Sequence record: MK373786.1
Source: Escherichia phage vB_EcoM_R5505
DNA length: 64,000 nt
Direction: 5' to 3' (one strand)
The notes under the pieces are model-generated. The model did no database searches and had not been told where the DNA came from. It was given only the letters and a program-made list of their open reading frames with translations. Position numbers and translations under genes: made by a program. Every line of letters starts with the position of its first letter. The stretch's first letter is position 1. Of this stretch, positions 27,393 to 37,104 are shown one piece after another.

Positions 27393-27930
27393 TTACTATT
27401 TCCAAAAGTTTATTATTTTTAAGGTAATTAGCCTTTTCTAGGACTTCAGAAGCATATTTAGAACCTGCTTTAACATTCCATCCCGAATTATAAGAGGATA
27501 TTGCTTTTCTTATATCGCCCTTATGTATATTTAACCAATAAGAAAGTTCAATGTACGCCCAGGAAGCTGAATTGGACCGTTTATTCAACATTCTTTTTAT
27601 TTCAGCATCGGTCATATTATAACCAAGTTCCTTAACTCTTGCTCGCATAGTAGGCAAATAATTTTGGAACATTCCGTAGGCGTGATGCTTTGCTTTAGAT
27701 TTTAAATTAACTCCGCCAGAGCTTTCTTGCCATAAAATAGCAGCCATTATATGACCCAATCCGCTCTTGTGGATATTTTTGTGTGTTTTATATTTTCCAT
27801 CCTTAGAAAATTGTTCCCCGAATTGATACGCGTAACGCATGTTATCGAGTTGGACATTACTGAAAGTATGCTCGGAGCTATGTGCCATCATTGAAATGGC
27901 CAATAGACCAGCGAGTAGTGCTTTTCTCAT
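27385..27930 (-). CDS. Secreted lytic-transglycosylase-like (SLT-domain) protein, 181 aa
   Basis: Signal peptide MRKALLAGLLAISMMAHS; ILWQESSGG...GMFQ motif resembling SLT catalytic region. Confidence 0.55.
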   Translation of the reverse strand: MRKALLAGLLAISMMAHSSEHTFSNVQLDNMRYAYQFGEQFSKDGKYKTHKNIHKSGLGHIMAAILWQESSGGVNLKSKAKHHAYGMFQNYLPTMRARVKELGYNMTDAEIKRMLNKRSNSASWAYIELSYWLNIHKGDIRKAISSYNSGWNVKAGSKYASEVLEKANYLKNNKLLEIVND

Positions 27931-27937
27931 GCTTACC

Positions 27938-28399
27938 TCATTGAGTTTTAATTACTGCTTTAGAAGCCTTTCCTGGTAAACGACGACTGTTGATAATTGC
28001 CATCCTGCATTGAAGTGACGGGTTTTTGAACTTCTCATTAGGCTTACAAACCGTAAATCCAAGCCAAAGATTTCCATCTGTGATTTCTAAACGTCCAGGA
28101 CGATATTCAACCCCATCAATAAAATCCTCGTCAATGTCAGGACGCGGAGGCATACTCAGGAATTCATTAACTTCTAAAACATGGTCTTTTATTTTATGGA
28201 ATAATTCAAAAACATATGTCTCATCAATCTCCCGTTGAATTGCACGATCAAGAAGATGTTGAGAATATTTTAGATGAAACGATGAGACTCCTGCTGCTTT
28301 TGATGCCTCATGAATCTCATTGTTAATTTGACGAAACTCCGACTCAAAGTGACGACGAAGCTTATTTCGACGGATAAAAACTTCTGTATTGATAGTCAT
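27938..28399 (-). CDS. regB: Site-specific RNA endonuclease RegB, 153 aa
   Basis: 153 aa; position downstream of early promoter 28427-28456; consistent with T4 RegB by length and context (sequence recalled, not searched). Confidence 0.65.
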   Translation of the reverse strand: MTINTEVFIRRNKLRRHFESEFRQINNEIHEASKAAGVSSFHLKYSQHLLDRAIQREIDETYVFELFHKIKDHVLEVNEFLSMPPRPDIDEDFIDGVEYRPGRLEITDGNLWLGFTVCKPNEKFKNPSLQCRMAIINSRRLPGKASKAVIKTQ

Positions 28400-28426
28400 G
28401 TTATTCTCCTCTTAACTGATAGGAAA

Positions 28427-28456
28427 ATTATACCACAGTCAAGAGGAAAAGTAAAC
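28427..28456 (-). promoter_or_regulatory. Early-type promoter upstream of regB (GTTTAC-N18-TATAAT)
   Basis: Minus strand GTTTACTTTTCCTCTTGACTGTGGTATAAT. Confidence 0.6.
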
Positions 28457-28458
28457 AG

Positions 28459-28779
28459 TTATTCTTTAAATCTAATCAATTTATTCATAGACTTTGAAAC
28501 TTCTGCACGAACCTCATGCAAGTTTTTAAGCTGTTCAAGACGCTGTTCATAGTAAGCAATTTCATCTTCTTCGAGACAGTCCTGTGAATCTTCTTTAAGA
28601 TAGCGTGCATAGTCCTGGAAAGCTTTACGGACTACTTCCTGGAAGTCATCAAGACTTTGAATTTTCTTAGGAGCAACAGATACACGACGAGGGGCAGTAT
28701 AATACTCATAACCAAACCCTGCGCTTAATTGAGCCATTAGTATTTTTCCTCTGGTTGGAACACTGCACGACAAGCCCAC
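28459..28779 (-). CDS. Hypothetical protein, 106 aa
   Basis: Track ORF. Confidence 0.45.
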   Translation of the reverse strand: MGLSCSVPTRGKILMAQLSAGFGYEYYTAPRRVSVAPKKIQSLDDFQEVVRKAFQDYARYLKEDSQDCLEEDEIAYYEQRLEQLKNLHEVRAEVSKSMNKLIRFKE

Positions 28780-29039
28780 ATACTGGCTTCTTTGAGTTTC
28801 GTTTTAGCAATAGTTAACTGATCGAGGCTTTCGGCGTAATTCTTCGCGAGTTCATCATCTTCACAGCTATCAAATGCTTCCCAAAATTCATCGTATAAAG
28901 CATCAAAGATAAGTCCTAAACGAACTTCAGCGTCTTTAATAGCATTTACTTTACCGATTTTTTCGTCGGTATGTGGCTTATAACCTTTAATATCTTCAAT
29001 CATATTTGACTTCCTCACCAGTACATAAATCGTATTCAA
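28737..29039 (-). CDS. Hypothetical protein, 88-100 aa; occupies the vs.4 position (candidate Acb2-like)
   Basis: Track ORF; assignment by position and size only. Confidence 0.4.
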   Translation of the reverse strand: MNTIYVLVRKSNMIEDIKGYKPHTDEKIGKVNAIKDAEVRLGLIFDALYDEFWEAFDSCEDDELAKNYAESLDQLTIAKTKLKEASMWACRAVFQPEEKY

Positions 29040-29217
29040 CTAAACGAATAGGTTCATGAATGCCATATCCCTGAACAGAAATTTCTGTAGTAGGATAAAT
29101 TCCATCAATATCACCCATATTCCACGCTTCGTTAAATTGCTGTTCGCCTGAATTACTAAACCACTCGGCGAAAGCATTTAGCACATCTTTAGAACCTTCA
29201 ATAATTATCTTTGCCAT
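28996..29217 (-). CDS. Small hypothetical protein, 73 aa
   Basis: Track ORF. Confidence 0.4.
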   Translation of the reverse strand: MAKIIIEGSKDVLNAFAEWFSNSGEQQFNEAWNMGDIDGIYPTTEISVQGYGIHEPIRLVEYDLCTGEEVKYD

Positions 29218-29579
29218 TATAAGCTCTCAGTAAAGGTACGAGCAATAACGTCGCGCTGCTGTTCCGGAGTCAGAGAGTTAAAGCGAACTGCATAACCGGA
29301 TACACGGATGGTCAGCTGCGGATATTTTTCCGGATGCTTAACTGCATCTTCCAGAGTTTCACGACGCAGAACGTTAACGTTCAGGTGTTGACCACCTTCA
29401 ATTTTAACTGTAGGCTGTGGCTCAATTTCAATTTCACGAGCATGCAAACCGTAGAAAATTTCTGGGTCTACAAAAGAGTCCTCTTTAAAGGTTTTAGAGA
29501 CAATAATTCGTGCTTGAATACCATCTTCAAAATAAATAGTACCTTTATGCGTGCCTTCAAGAATTTGATATGCTTTCAT
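29217..29579 (-). CDS. Autonomous glycyl-radical cofactor (GrcA/YfiD-like), 120 aa
   Basis: C-terminal glycyl-radical motif [27 protein letters not shown]; C-terminal half matches my recall of E. coli YfiD residue for residue; local GC content visibly higher than flanking DNA. Confidence 0.9.
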   Translation of the reverse strand: MKAYQILEGTHKGTIYFEDGIQARIIVSKTFKEDSFVDPEIFYGLHAREIEIEPQPTVKIEGGQHLNVNVLRRETLEDAVKHPEKYPQLTIRVSGYAVRFNSLTPEQQRDVIARTFTESL

Positions 29580-29586
29580 ATAAACC

Positions 29587-29967
29587 TCAATTAGAAAATA
29601 AATTTATCCAAGATTGTTCTTTAATTAAAAATGGCTCAGAATCATATGCCATTAAACTTTGGGTGATTAGTCCTTTAAAAGGTCCATCAATAAATTCCAT
29701 GGTAAAATATGGAATTTTATTCATTAACTGTGCGTTAGGAGCAGTGCACAAAACTCTGCATCCTTTGAATACACCTTTTTGTAATTTGTATTGCTTGGGA
29801 TAAAATTCGCTTAAAATGTTGTTATTTGCCAAAATTTCAAAATGATTTACCAATTTATTTTTAATAGTTTTTGGCGAAAAATAGAGATATTCGAAAAGCT
29901 GTGTGTCTGTCATTATTGCATTCCGATTACGAAAAACTGTGGACGAGTAATACCACCAATGCAACAT
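29587..29967 (-). CDS. Hypothetical protein, 126 aa
   Basis: Track ORF. Confidence 0.45.
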   Translation of the reverse strand: MLHWWYYSSTVFRNRNAIMTDTQLFEYLYFSPKTIKNKLVNHFEILANNNILSEFYPKQYKLQKGVFKGCRVLCTAPNAQLMNKIPYFTMEFIDGPFKGLITQSLMAYDSEPFLIKEQSWINLFSN

Positions 29968-30509
29968 TTACTATTACAGCAGTAGTGTACAGTGTCAATA
30001 TGGACGCTATAAATCTTATCCATATCAGGAGATTTGACAGGCTCATCAATTATATACAAAATTCGCGAAAGCGATAAACCTCTGAACTTGCTTCCTTTAT
30101 TACCAATAAAACTGCGTACAGAATCAGTAAATAAACGAAAACGTATATCATCATTAGAATAACGCGAAAATTCCTTTTTAATGTTATTTGCAGAAATTTT
30201 AGCGTAAGCTGAAGTATTAGAAAGAACAATAACTGTTCCGCCATCATACAGCCAATTAGCAGCAAAGTTAGTCACAGCAATTGATTTACCAGATTGACGT
30301 CCACCATCTATACGAAGTGTGCAGTACTGCTTAAGTAATTCTTCAAATGGCGGGATATATTCGTTTTTACAAATTTCTTCTACTCTAGCATCAGAATGGT
30401 GTGTAAAAGCATTCATCAGGGATAGATACGGGCCAGTTAAAAATGTTCTCATATTTTCTCTCTTAATTTTTGGGCCATTCCATGGCACATGAGTTGTCCA
30501 TTCCTGCAT
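29913..30509 (-). CDS. P-loop protein, up to 198 aa
   Basis: Walker A-like GGRQSGKS and IIDE segment. Confidence 0.5.
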   Translation of the reverse strand: MQEWTTHVPWNGPKIKRENMRTFLTGPYLSLMNAFTHHSDARVEEICKNEYIPPFEELLKQYCTLRIDGGRQSGKSIAVTNFAANWLYDGGTVIVLSNTSAYAKISANNIKKEFSRYSNDDIRFRLFTDSVRSFIGNKGSKFRGLSLSRILYIIDEPVKSPDMDKIYSVHIDTVHYCCNSKCCIGGITRPQFFVIGMQ

Positions 30510-30587
30510 TACCCATTACCGCGCTTTGGCTCGACCTTATCACAGGTTGACGGGAATACCTCAAATGAGGTCCAGGCTGTTCCCATA

Positions 30588-31061
30588 TTATTTGAACGAT
30601 TTAACGTACTGAATAGAACCTTTACTATTTACAAAGGCAATTTTACCATTTTTATTATACATGGTAGCAGTACGTTGATAACCATAAGTTTGTTTACCAG
30701 ATTGATAACCAACTAATGCGAAATTATCTTCGCCCATTTTATTCTGTTTAGCGCGAATGCGTTCATGACCATGTGCCATAAGAACCTTAGCATCACCGGT
30801 TGCAATGGATCGACGAGTTTTTTCATCTTCAACTGTATTAACAAAGTCGTCAAATGAATCAAATTTAGCATGAGATTTATTATACAGTTTTCCATCTACT
30901 GCATAATTATATCCCTGTACATCCATCTCAACTTCTGTACCATCATCCAATACAGCAGTGATTTTTTGACCTTTTTTAAATTTCAAAAGATCAGTAAAAG
31001 ATTCAGCAATAATTTGAGAATTAATAGCTGCTTCAGTGATAAATTCTTGATATGTTTTCAT
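30588..31061 (-). CDS. Internal head protein with capsid-targeting leader, 157 aa
   Basis: N-terminus MKTYQEFITEA matches the capsid-targeting sequence of T-even internal proteins. Confidence 0.65.
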   Translation of the reverse strand: MKTYQEFITEAAINSQIIAESFTDLLKFKKGQKITAVLDDGTEVEMDVQGYNYAVDGKLYNKSHAKFDSFDDFVNTVEDEKTRRSIATGDAKVLMAHGHERIRAKQNKMGEDNFALVGYQSGKQTYGYQRTATMYNKNGKIAFVNSKGSIQYVKSFK

Positions 31062-31077
31062 ATGATTCCTTTAATTT

Positions 31078-31395
31078 TTATTCTTTAGGAAAATTTTTAG
31101 AATATGCGTCGTAAAGCTTATTTCCAATACGACGAAAAACTCTAGCTGCAAAACGATTTTCTGGGTTTTTAATCATAATTTGCATCATATAAGTACCCGC
31201 GTCTGAAAGAGCTTCTTCATAGTACCCGTTAATTTCTTTAAGAGTCCTACGTTTACCACCAGGACCATCAACAGTGATTTTCCATTTACCTGTAGAAGTG
31301 CGACTCGGCGGCTCAACTTGTTCAATCCAAATATAACCGCCTTCTACACGTTGTCCTGCAGCAGATTCTGCAATAAATTCTTGATATGTTTTCAT
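31078..31395 (-). CDS. Internal head protein with capsid-targeting leader, 105 aa
   Basis: N-terminus MKTYQEFIAESA capsid-targeting sequence. Confidence 0.65.
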   Translation of the reverse strand: MKTYQEFIAESAAGQRVEGGYIWIEQVEPPSRTSTGKWKITVDGPGGKRRTLKEINGYYEEALSDAGTYMMQIMIKNPENRFAARVFRRIGNKLYDAYSKNFPKE

Positions 31396-31404
31396 ATGTT
31401 TCCT

Positions 31405-31821
31405 TTAAATGTAAATATTTTTACCGTAATACTTATACCAATGTGGTTTCATTAAAATTTTTTCATCAAGTCGTTGTTGACTCAATTTAATAGCTGATTT
31501 GCATGGATTATAATCATTTTTCCATTCTACTGGAATATCGCTGATGTCAGGAACTTCAGTATCTTTTATACTGAACCCTCGTTTTAAGCATTCCGTTATA
31601 ATGTCTAATTGACGCTTTCGCAAAAATTCTAACTTATCGTAAAAGAAAGTAACATGACCAGAACCTAAAATAAATTTAGAAGATATTTTAAAATCTTTAA
31701 CGCGCTTACCGTTTGCCACATGCTTACGAACTATACCAAAAACACGCGGCAATTCACGGTATTCTGCGATTAAATGTTGATCAGCAAGTTCAGATACTAA
31801 AGTCAAATTAATACGAGTCAT
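31405..31821 (-). CDS. denV: Endonuclease V (pyrimidine-dimer DNA glycosylase), 138 aa
   Basis: [29 protein letters not shown]... matches T4 DenV; 138 aa. Confidence 0.95.
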   Translation of the reverse strand: MTRINLTLVSELADQHLIAEYRELPRVFGIVRKHVANGKRVKDFKISSKFILGSGHVTFFYDKLEFLRKRQLDIITECLKRGFSIKDTEVPDISDIPVEWKNDYNPCKSAIKLSQQRLDEKILMKPHWYKYYGKNIYI

Positions 31822-31846
31822 TTTATCCCTCCAAGTAACTGTGAAT

Positions 31847-31876
31847 ATACTATCACAATTCTAGGAGAAAGTAAAC
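31847..31876 (-). promoter_or_regulatory. Early-type promoter upstream of denV
   Basis: Minus strand GTTTAC-N18-TAGTAT. Confidence 0.45.
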
Positions 31877-31880
31877 AACT

Positions 31881-32849
<969 letters not shown>

Positions 32850-32868
<19 letters not shown>

Positions 32869-33338
32869 TCAGTGATAAAGTTATTTAAATTTTGAGTATA
32901 TTTCTTTTCATCAAAAATCCTTTGTTGTCTGCGTAGCCGCCATGGCATTTCAATGAACGTGTACCATATCCCAGATAATATTGCTGCTGTAAAAATATTA
33001 ACAAGTATGGTTAAAAGAATCCAATCTCCTATTCTGTCCATTGGATTTTTTATAAAAAAGTAAAATACGAATGATGTCACAGGAAAACTAATAATGTACC
33101 ACAGAATCATAATTTTATCTGTGAACCAATCAGCATTTGTTAACTTAGCACGACCATTATGAATACACACGAATTTATCATCTGTTATAATAGATGGCTT
33201 AGCTGCTTGATATCCCATTCTAAACTCCCTAATCAACAAATTTTTCATATCTTCGGAACAACCATTCCAGTCAACTCTATTAACTGAAATGCCATCATCC
33301 CCATCATCTAAATCATACCAGCGAGTTTTTAAAATCAT
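32850..33338 (-). CDS. Membrane protein, 162 aa
   Basis: Hydrophobic segments (IMILWYIISFPVTSFVFYFFI, ILLTILVNIFTAAILSGIWYTFI). Confidence 0.5.
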
Positions 33339-33709
33339 TTAATTTTCCTACAATCATTCACGAATTCTTTCATTGATTCATTTTCAATATAAGACATGTA
33401 GTTATTATATTCTTTTAATTGTATTTTGTAATCCTTTTTTCTTTGCCAATTTATTTTAAAATTATCATAATGAAAATATAAAATGATACTAAAGAATGAA
33501 AATAATGAAATTGCTATAGTATAATGAAGTTCACTCCAAACTTCTATTATATCTACTATACCGCTGACGTTACTGCGGATGTTTAAAATAATACAGTCAA
33601 TCATTAATCCAATAAGACTACCAGCAAGAGCTGCAGCCAACGCCACAGCAAAAATTAAAAATGACTCAGAAAAAGAATATTTGACTTTATTTAGTTTTGG
33701 CTTTTGCAT
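33335..33709 (-). CDS. Membrane protein, 124 aa
   Basis: Two hydrophobic segments. Confidence 0.5.
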   Translation of the reverse strand: MQKPKLNKVKYSFSESFLIFAVALAAALAGSLIGLMIDCIILNIRSNVSGIVDIIEVWSELHYTIAISLFSFFSIILYFHYDNFKINWQRKKDYKIQLKEYNNYMSYIENESMKEFVNDCRKIK

Positions 33710-34104
33710 CGTGATTCCTTAACAAATTTCATAATTTCATTAAATTCATACATATTTAGTTTAAGCTGGTGTTCCTTTTTAATCTTTTTACACTGAGCTT
33801 TCCATTCACGTACACGTTTACGATAATGCCTTCCTTGATACCAATATCCTACCCAATTTACAGGTACCAATAAAAATGGAACTACTAATGGAAGAATTAA
33901 TACTAACAAAAATATTACGCCAGATTCAATATCAGTCATAAAGTCTATAACCATTCCAACAATCAATAGAATTACAAATGATATAGCTGTCACAGGACCT
34001 ATTAATACATCAGTAGGAATTAGCTGACGTTTTAGTTCATACTTCACAGGTTCACTTGGAAGGTATAGTGATGGCTTTGACATATTCTCTACATTCCTTA
34101 ACAA
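33691..34104 (-). CDS. Membrane protein, 137 aa
   Basis: Two hydrophobic segments followed by a basic C-terminus. Confidence 0.5.
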   Translation of the reverse strand: MLRNVENMSKPSLYLPSEPVKYELKRQLIPTDVLIGPVTAISFVILLIVGMVIDFMTDIESGVIFLLVLILPLVVPFLLVPVNWVGYWYQGRHYRKRVREWKAQCKKIKKEHQLKLNMYEFNEIMKFVKESRCKSQN

Positions 34105-34657
34105 ATTTTTCTAATAATAAATCGCTTTCAAAATTAGGATTTTCTACGAATTTATCAAAAAGATCATCAACAATAGTTAAGATATTCTTTTTACTAAGAA
34201 TACGTTTATTTTCATGCTTTGTTTCAGAATCAACTATAAGAGTAAAGAAATATTTCTTGCCCTGAAATTTTACAGTAGTATCAATATAGAATAAATTTGA
34301 CTTTTGTAAATTACGTTTAAACCATGCATCACTTAAACTATAAACACCAAGATAATCATAATCGTCGTTTAAATAACATACTGTCCATTCAGGAGAAATG
34401 AAATCAGTAAATTCAACATCAAAATCACATGTTAATGAATGAATTGATTCAATACTGTTAATAAGTATTCCAGGACGTATTAAAGACTTTTTACCTTTAT
34501 AAAATCCAGAAAGACTTTCATCAGTTTCATATGAAGAACCCCAATAATAATTACGTCCTTCTGCCATACGTTTAAGAGCATTTAATAATTGGTCTGGAAC
34601 ATCAACCTGTCTTTGGAACTCTTCAAACATTGAATTGAAATCACTTTGCATTTTCAT
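34052..34657 (-). CDS. Hypothetical protein, 201 aa
   Basis: Track ORF. Confidence 0.5.
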   Translation of the reverse strand: MKMQSDFNSMFEEFQRQVDVPDQLLNALKRMAEGRNYYWGSSYETDESLSGFYKGKKSLIRPGILINSIESIHSLTCDFDVEFTDFISPEWTVCYLNDDYDYLGVYSLSDAWFKRNLQKSNLFYIDTTVKFQGKKYFFTLIVDSETKHENKRILSKKNILTIVDDLFDKFVENPNFESDLLLEKFVKECREYVKAITIPSK

Positions 34658-34698
34658 TCCTACTTACTCCAAGTAATAGGGGCCGAAGCCCCTTATCA

Positions 34699-35292
34699 TT
34701 ATTTCAGAGAATTAATGTATTCCTGAACATCGGCAGAGGTAGTTTCAACCCCAGAAATATTACCATTAAAGGTTTCAACTCGAGCAAGAGTATCTTCAAT
34801 ATCAACCTTAGTCAGTGCTGCAATTTCAACTACATCATCGGCAGTACTAATTCCGAGGGCATTCGCGGCGCGAGTTTCACGGATATATTCCAATTTAACT
34901 GCAAGTTCTTGGCGAGCATCATCTAACTCAACTACTTTCTTGGCGATTTCAATTCGCATTTCAGCATAACCATCAGCTTTAGTAGTCAACTGCTCAGCTG
35001 TTCGACGATATAGTAAACCAAGTTTAGCATGCATTGTTACATCTTGACCTTCCGAAAGAAGCTTGCGAATTTCACGCTCTTTTGATTCGGCCTGCTTATT
35101 CTTTTCGACAATAAGTTCACGAATACGCTTTTCTTCATTAATAGATTTAACAGAAGCAGTTTTTAGATCTTTAATCTTATCAAGTAGTTTTGCTGCTGCA
35201 GCAGTATACTGTTCTTCAACAGATAGATTTTTAGCCATAGCAGAACCAAGTTTAGTGCGAATAAACTCAACAATTTTCTTCAGTGTGTTCAT
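34699..35292 (-). CDS. Coiled-coil protein with PspA/IM30-like architecture, 197 aa
   Basis: N-terminal amphipathic helix then long charged helical segments; resemblance to PspA/Vipp1 family by pattern only. Confidence 0.45.
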
Positions 35293-35348
35293 AGTATTTC
35301 CTTAGGTTGGTATAATTAGATAATATCACGTTTTAATAGATTGTAAAC

Positions 35349-35684
35349 TTATTCTTCGTCTAGCTCGTCGATAAAGACGTTGATGGCCTCGATAACGGCA
35401 TCATTGATAGCTAATAAAATAAAATCATCGTCAGTACCTTTAGAAGATTCTAAAGCATTGATATATGCTTGGTTGGCGAGTTCCCAAGCCTTTTTAAAAT
35501 AAGGAGCTTCATCATCAGGACAAATATCCCGCACGCCTTCAAAGATACGTTTGGCATAATCTAACACCCATTGTACAGGCATGTTTTGAGAACGTTCGTT
35601 AAACTCTTTAAAGTCCTTAGATTCAAAAAGCTCTTCAGGATAATTATTTCTATTACAAAAAGCTTTACTAAAGTTACGTTTCAT
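35349..35684 (-). CDS. Hypothetical acidic protein, 111 aa
   Basis: Track ORF. Confidence 0.45.
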   Translation of the reverse strand: MKRNFSKAFCNRNNYPEELFESKDFKEFNERSQNMPVQWVLDYAKRIFEGVRDICPDDEAPYFKKAWELANQAYINALESSKGTDDDFILLAINDAVIEAINVFIDELDEE

Positions 35685-35740
35685 AATGTTTTCCTCATTT
35701 GTATAGGCTCATAATATCTCAATCATGAGCCTATGTAAAC

Positions 35741-36016
35741 TTATTTCATATTATTGAAATATTCTTCTGCGATTTCGTCGTTATCATGGTAAACTTTAGA
35801 AGACAGTTTAACATAACTTTCAGCAGTGAACATGTTAATCACAACCTTTACAGTATACCACTGACCGTCTTCATTGCCCATTACCGCATAAGTTTCAAAC
35901 ATCGGATGATCAGGACCGATAACTTTAATATCATTCACTGTACGACCGAAATCTTCTGAAACACATTTCATAAAGAAGTTGAACAGTTCGCCGTAATTAT
36001 CCATTTCGTTCTCCAA
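35741..36016 (-). CDS. Hypothetical protein, 91 aa
   Basis: Track ORF downstream of early promoter 36048-36077. Confidence 0.45.
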   Translation of the reverse strand: MENEMDNYGELFNFFMKCVSEDFGRTVNDIKVIGPDHPMFETYAVMGNEDGQWYTVKVVINMFTAESYVKLSSKVYHDNDEIAEEYFNNMK

Positions 36017-36047
36017 GTTGTTTTCTGTATCAGTAGTTGATAGTTGT

Positions 36048-36077
36048 ATAGTACCATGGAAGAAAAGGGATGTAAAC
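36048..36077 (-). promoter_or_regulatory. Early-type promoter within conserved promoter cassette
   Basis: Minus strand GTTTAC...TGGTACTATACAACTATCAACTAC. Confidence 0.55.
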
Positions 36078-36210
36078 AGTTTTGTGAAAAAATTTTTAAA
36101 AAGTTTTAGGGAATTCTAGGGTCAGGAGGGGCAATTAAAAGATAGGATAATATATTATAAAGGGTAGAAACTAAATGATGCCTAGAGAGGCCCAGAAAGG
36201 CCTAGATACC

Positions 36211-36235
36211 AAAAAGTCCCAACCTTTCGGTTGGG
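36211..36235 (-). terminator. Intrinsic terminator
   Basis: Stem-loop CCCAACC-GAAA-GGTTGGG followed by TTTTT on the minus strand. Confidence 0.65.
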
Positions 36236-36245
36236 GCTAAGAATG

Positions 36246-36719
36246 TTATTTGATTTGTTTAGCAGACCAAATGCGGTCTTTAATAATTTTTTGGATGTCT
36301 TCAACATACTCAAGAGAGTGAGCATGTGGGTTATCTTTGAAACTATAAGCACGAGCTAACTTTTGACCTTCAGTTTTGATTACTAAAAGCTCTTTAAGGA
36401 TAGCTTCATATTTGGAGATAATTCCTTTAACAATATTTTTTTCTTGTGTAGCTTTAGGATCTGCTTTAGGAGCAGGTTTACCTGAAGCCTTTGCAAAAGC
36501 AGCGCCAGTAGCAACTAAACTTTTCCAGGCCATACTAACTGCATTCCCTGTAAATCCTTCGGCTTTCATATCACGAGCAAATTGGAATCGTGATTCATCG
36601 GAAGCATCTTTATAGGAATATTTACCCGCGGCAATGGCTGCTTTTGCGACAGCTTGAATTTCGGTGCTAGATGCTTCATTTAACACCGCTTCATTTAAAA
36701 ATTGAGCATATGATTTCAT
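36246..36719 (-). CDS. Internal-protein-like head protein with leader, 157 aa
   Basis: N-terminus MKSYAQFLNEA resembles the capsid-targeting leader; minus-strand TATAAATA at 36755-36762 upstream; hairpin terminator downstream. Confidence 0.55.
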   Translation of the reverse strand: MKSYAQFLNEAVLNEASSTEIQAVAKAAIAAGKYSYKDASDESRFQFARDMKAEGFTGNAVSMAWKSLVATGAAFAKASGKPAPKADPKATQEKNIVKGIISKYEAILKELLVIKTEGQKLARAYSFKDNPHAHSLEYVEDIQKIIKDRIWSAKQIK

Positions 36720-36754
36720 CTTATTTCCTGTTTTAATTCGTGGTTTTAATATAC

Positions 36755-36762
36755 TTATTTAT
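36755..36762 (-). promoter_or_regulatory. Late promoter core TATAAATA
   Basis: Exact TATAAATA on minus strand upstream of the head-protein-like gene 36246..36719. Confidence 0.5.
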
Positions 36763-36765
36763 ACC

Positions 36766-36792
36766 AAAAAGCCCCAACCTTTCGGTCGGGGC
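36766..36792 (-). terminator. Intrinsic terminator at the distal end of the tRNA/stable-RNA transcription unit
   Basis: Stem-loop GCCCCGACC-GAAA-GGTTGGGGC followed by TTTTT on the minus strand. Confidence 0.6.
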
Positions 36793-36799
36793 TAAGCCT

Positions 36800-37100
36800 T
36801 GCGGCAACCTTGTCGGGGTTCCACCTGCTAAGGCAAGTGTTTGTACGAAACGCCGGGATTCGAACCCGGTTATTAAGCAGTTGACGCTACTCAATATTTT
36901 TAAAAGGCCATATCTCGACCATATCCGAACGTTCCGTCAAAAACGCTACTCGGCTTACGGCAAAGATATTTCCTCGAATCGATAATTCGGTGCGCCGTTT
37001 CTGCTGTGATATAAGAGGGCATTAACAAAACATAAAGATTTATTAATGCCAGTCCTTAAACAGGGAACATCAGTCCGACGACTTACCGGTAGCGACCCGG
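36800..37100 (-). ncRNA. Structured non-coding region downstream of the tRNA cluster (candidate small stable RNAs, tRNA-like T-arm)
   Basis: No plausible ORF; tRNA-like T-arm CCGGG-ATTCGAA-CCCGG at 36853-36869 with complementary acceptor-like ends (36846-36852 and 36930-36936); 8-bp inverted repeat GGCATTAA/TTAATGCC around 37019-37050; T4 encodes two small stable RNAs near its tRNA genes. Confidence 0.35.
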
Positions 37101-37104
37101 TTTC

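Noticed and set aside
36845-36936. Twelfth tRNA gene
   Set aside because: A good T-arm and complementary acceptor-like ends exist, but the sequence between them does not give a standard D-arm or anticodon arm; reported as a tRNA-like ncRNA region instead.
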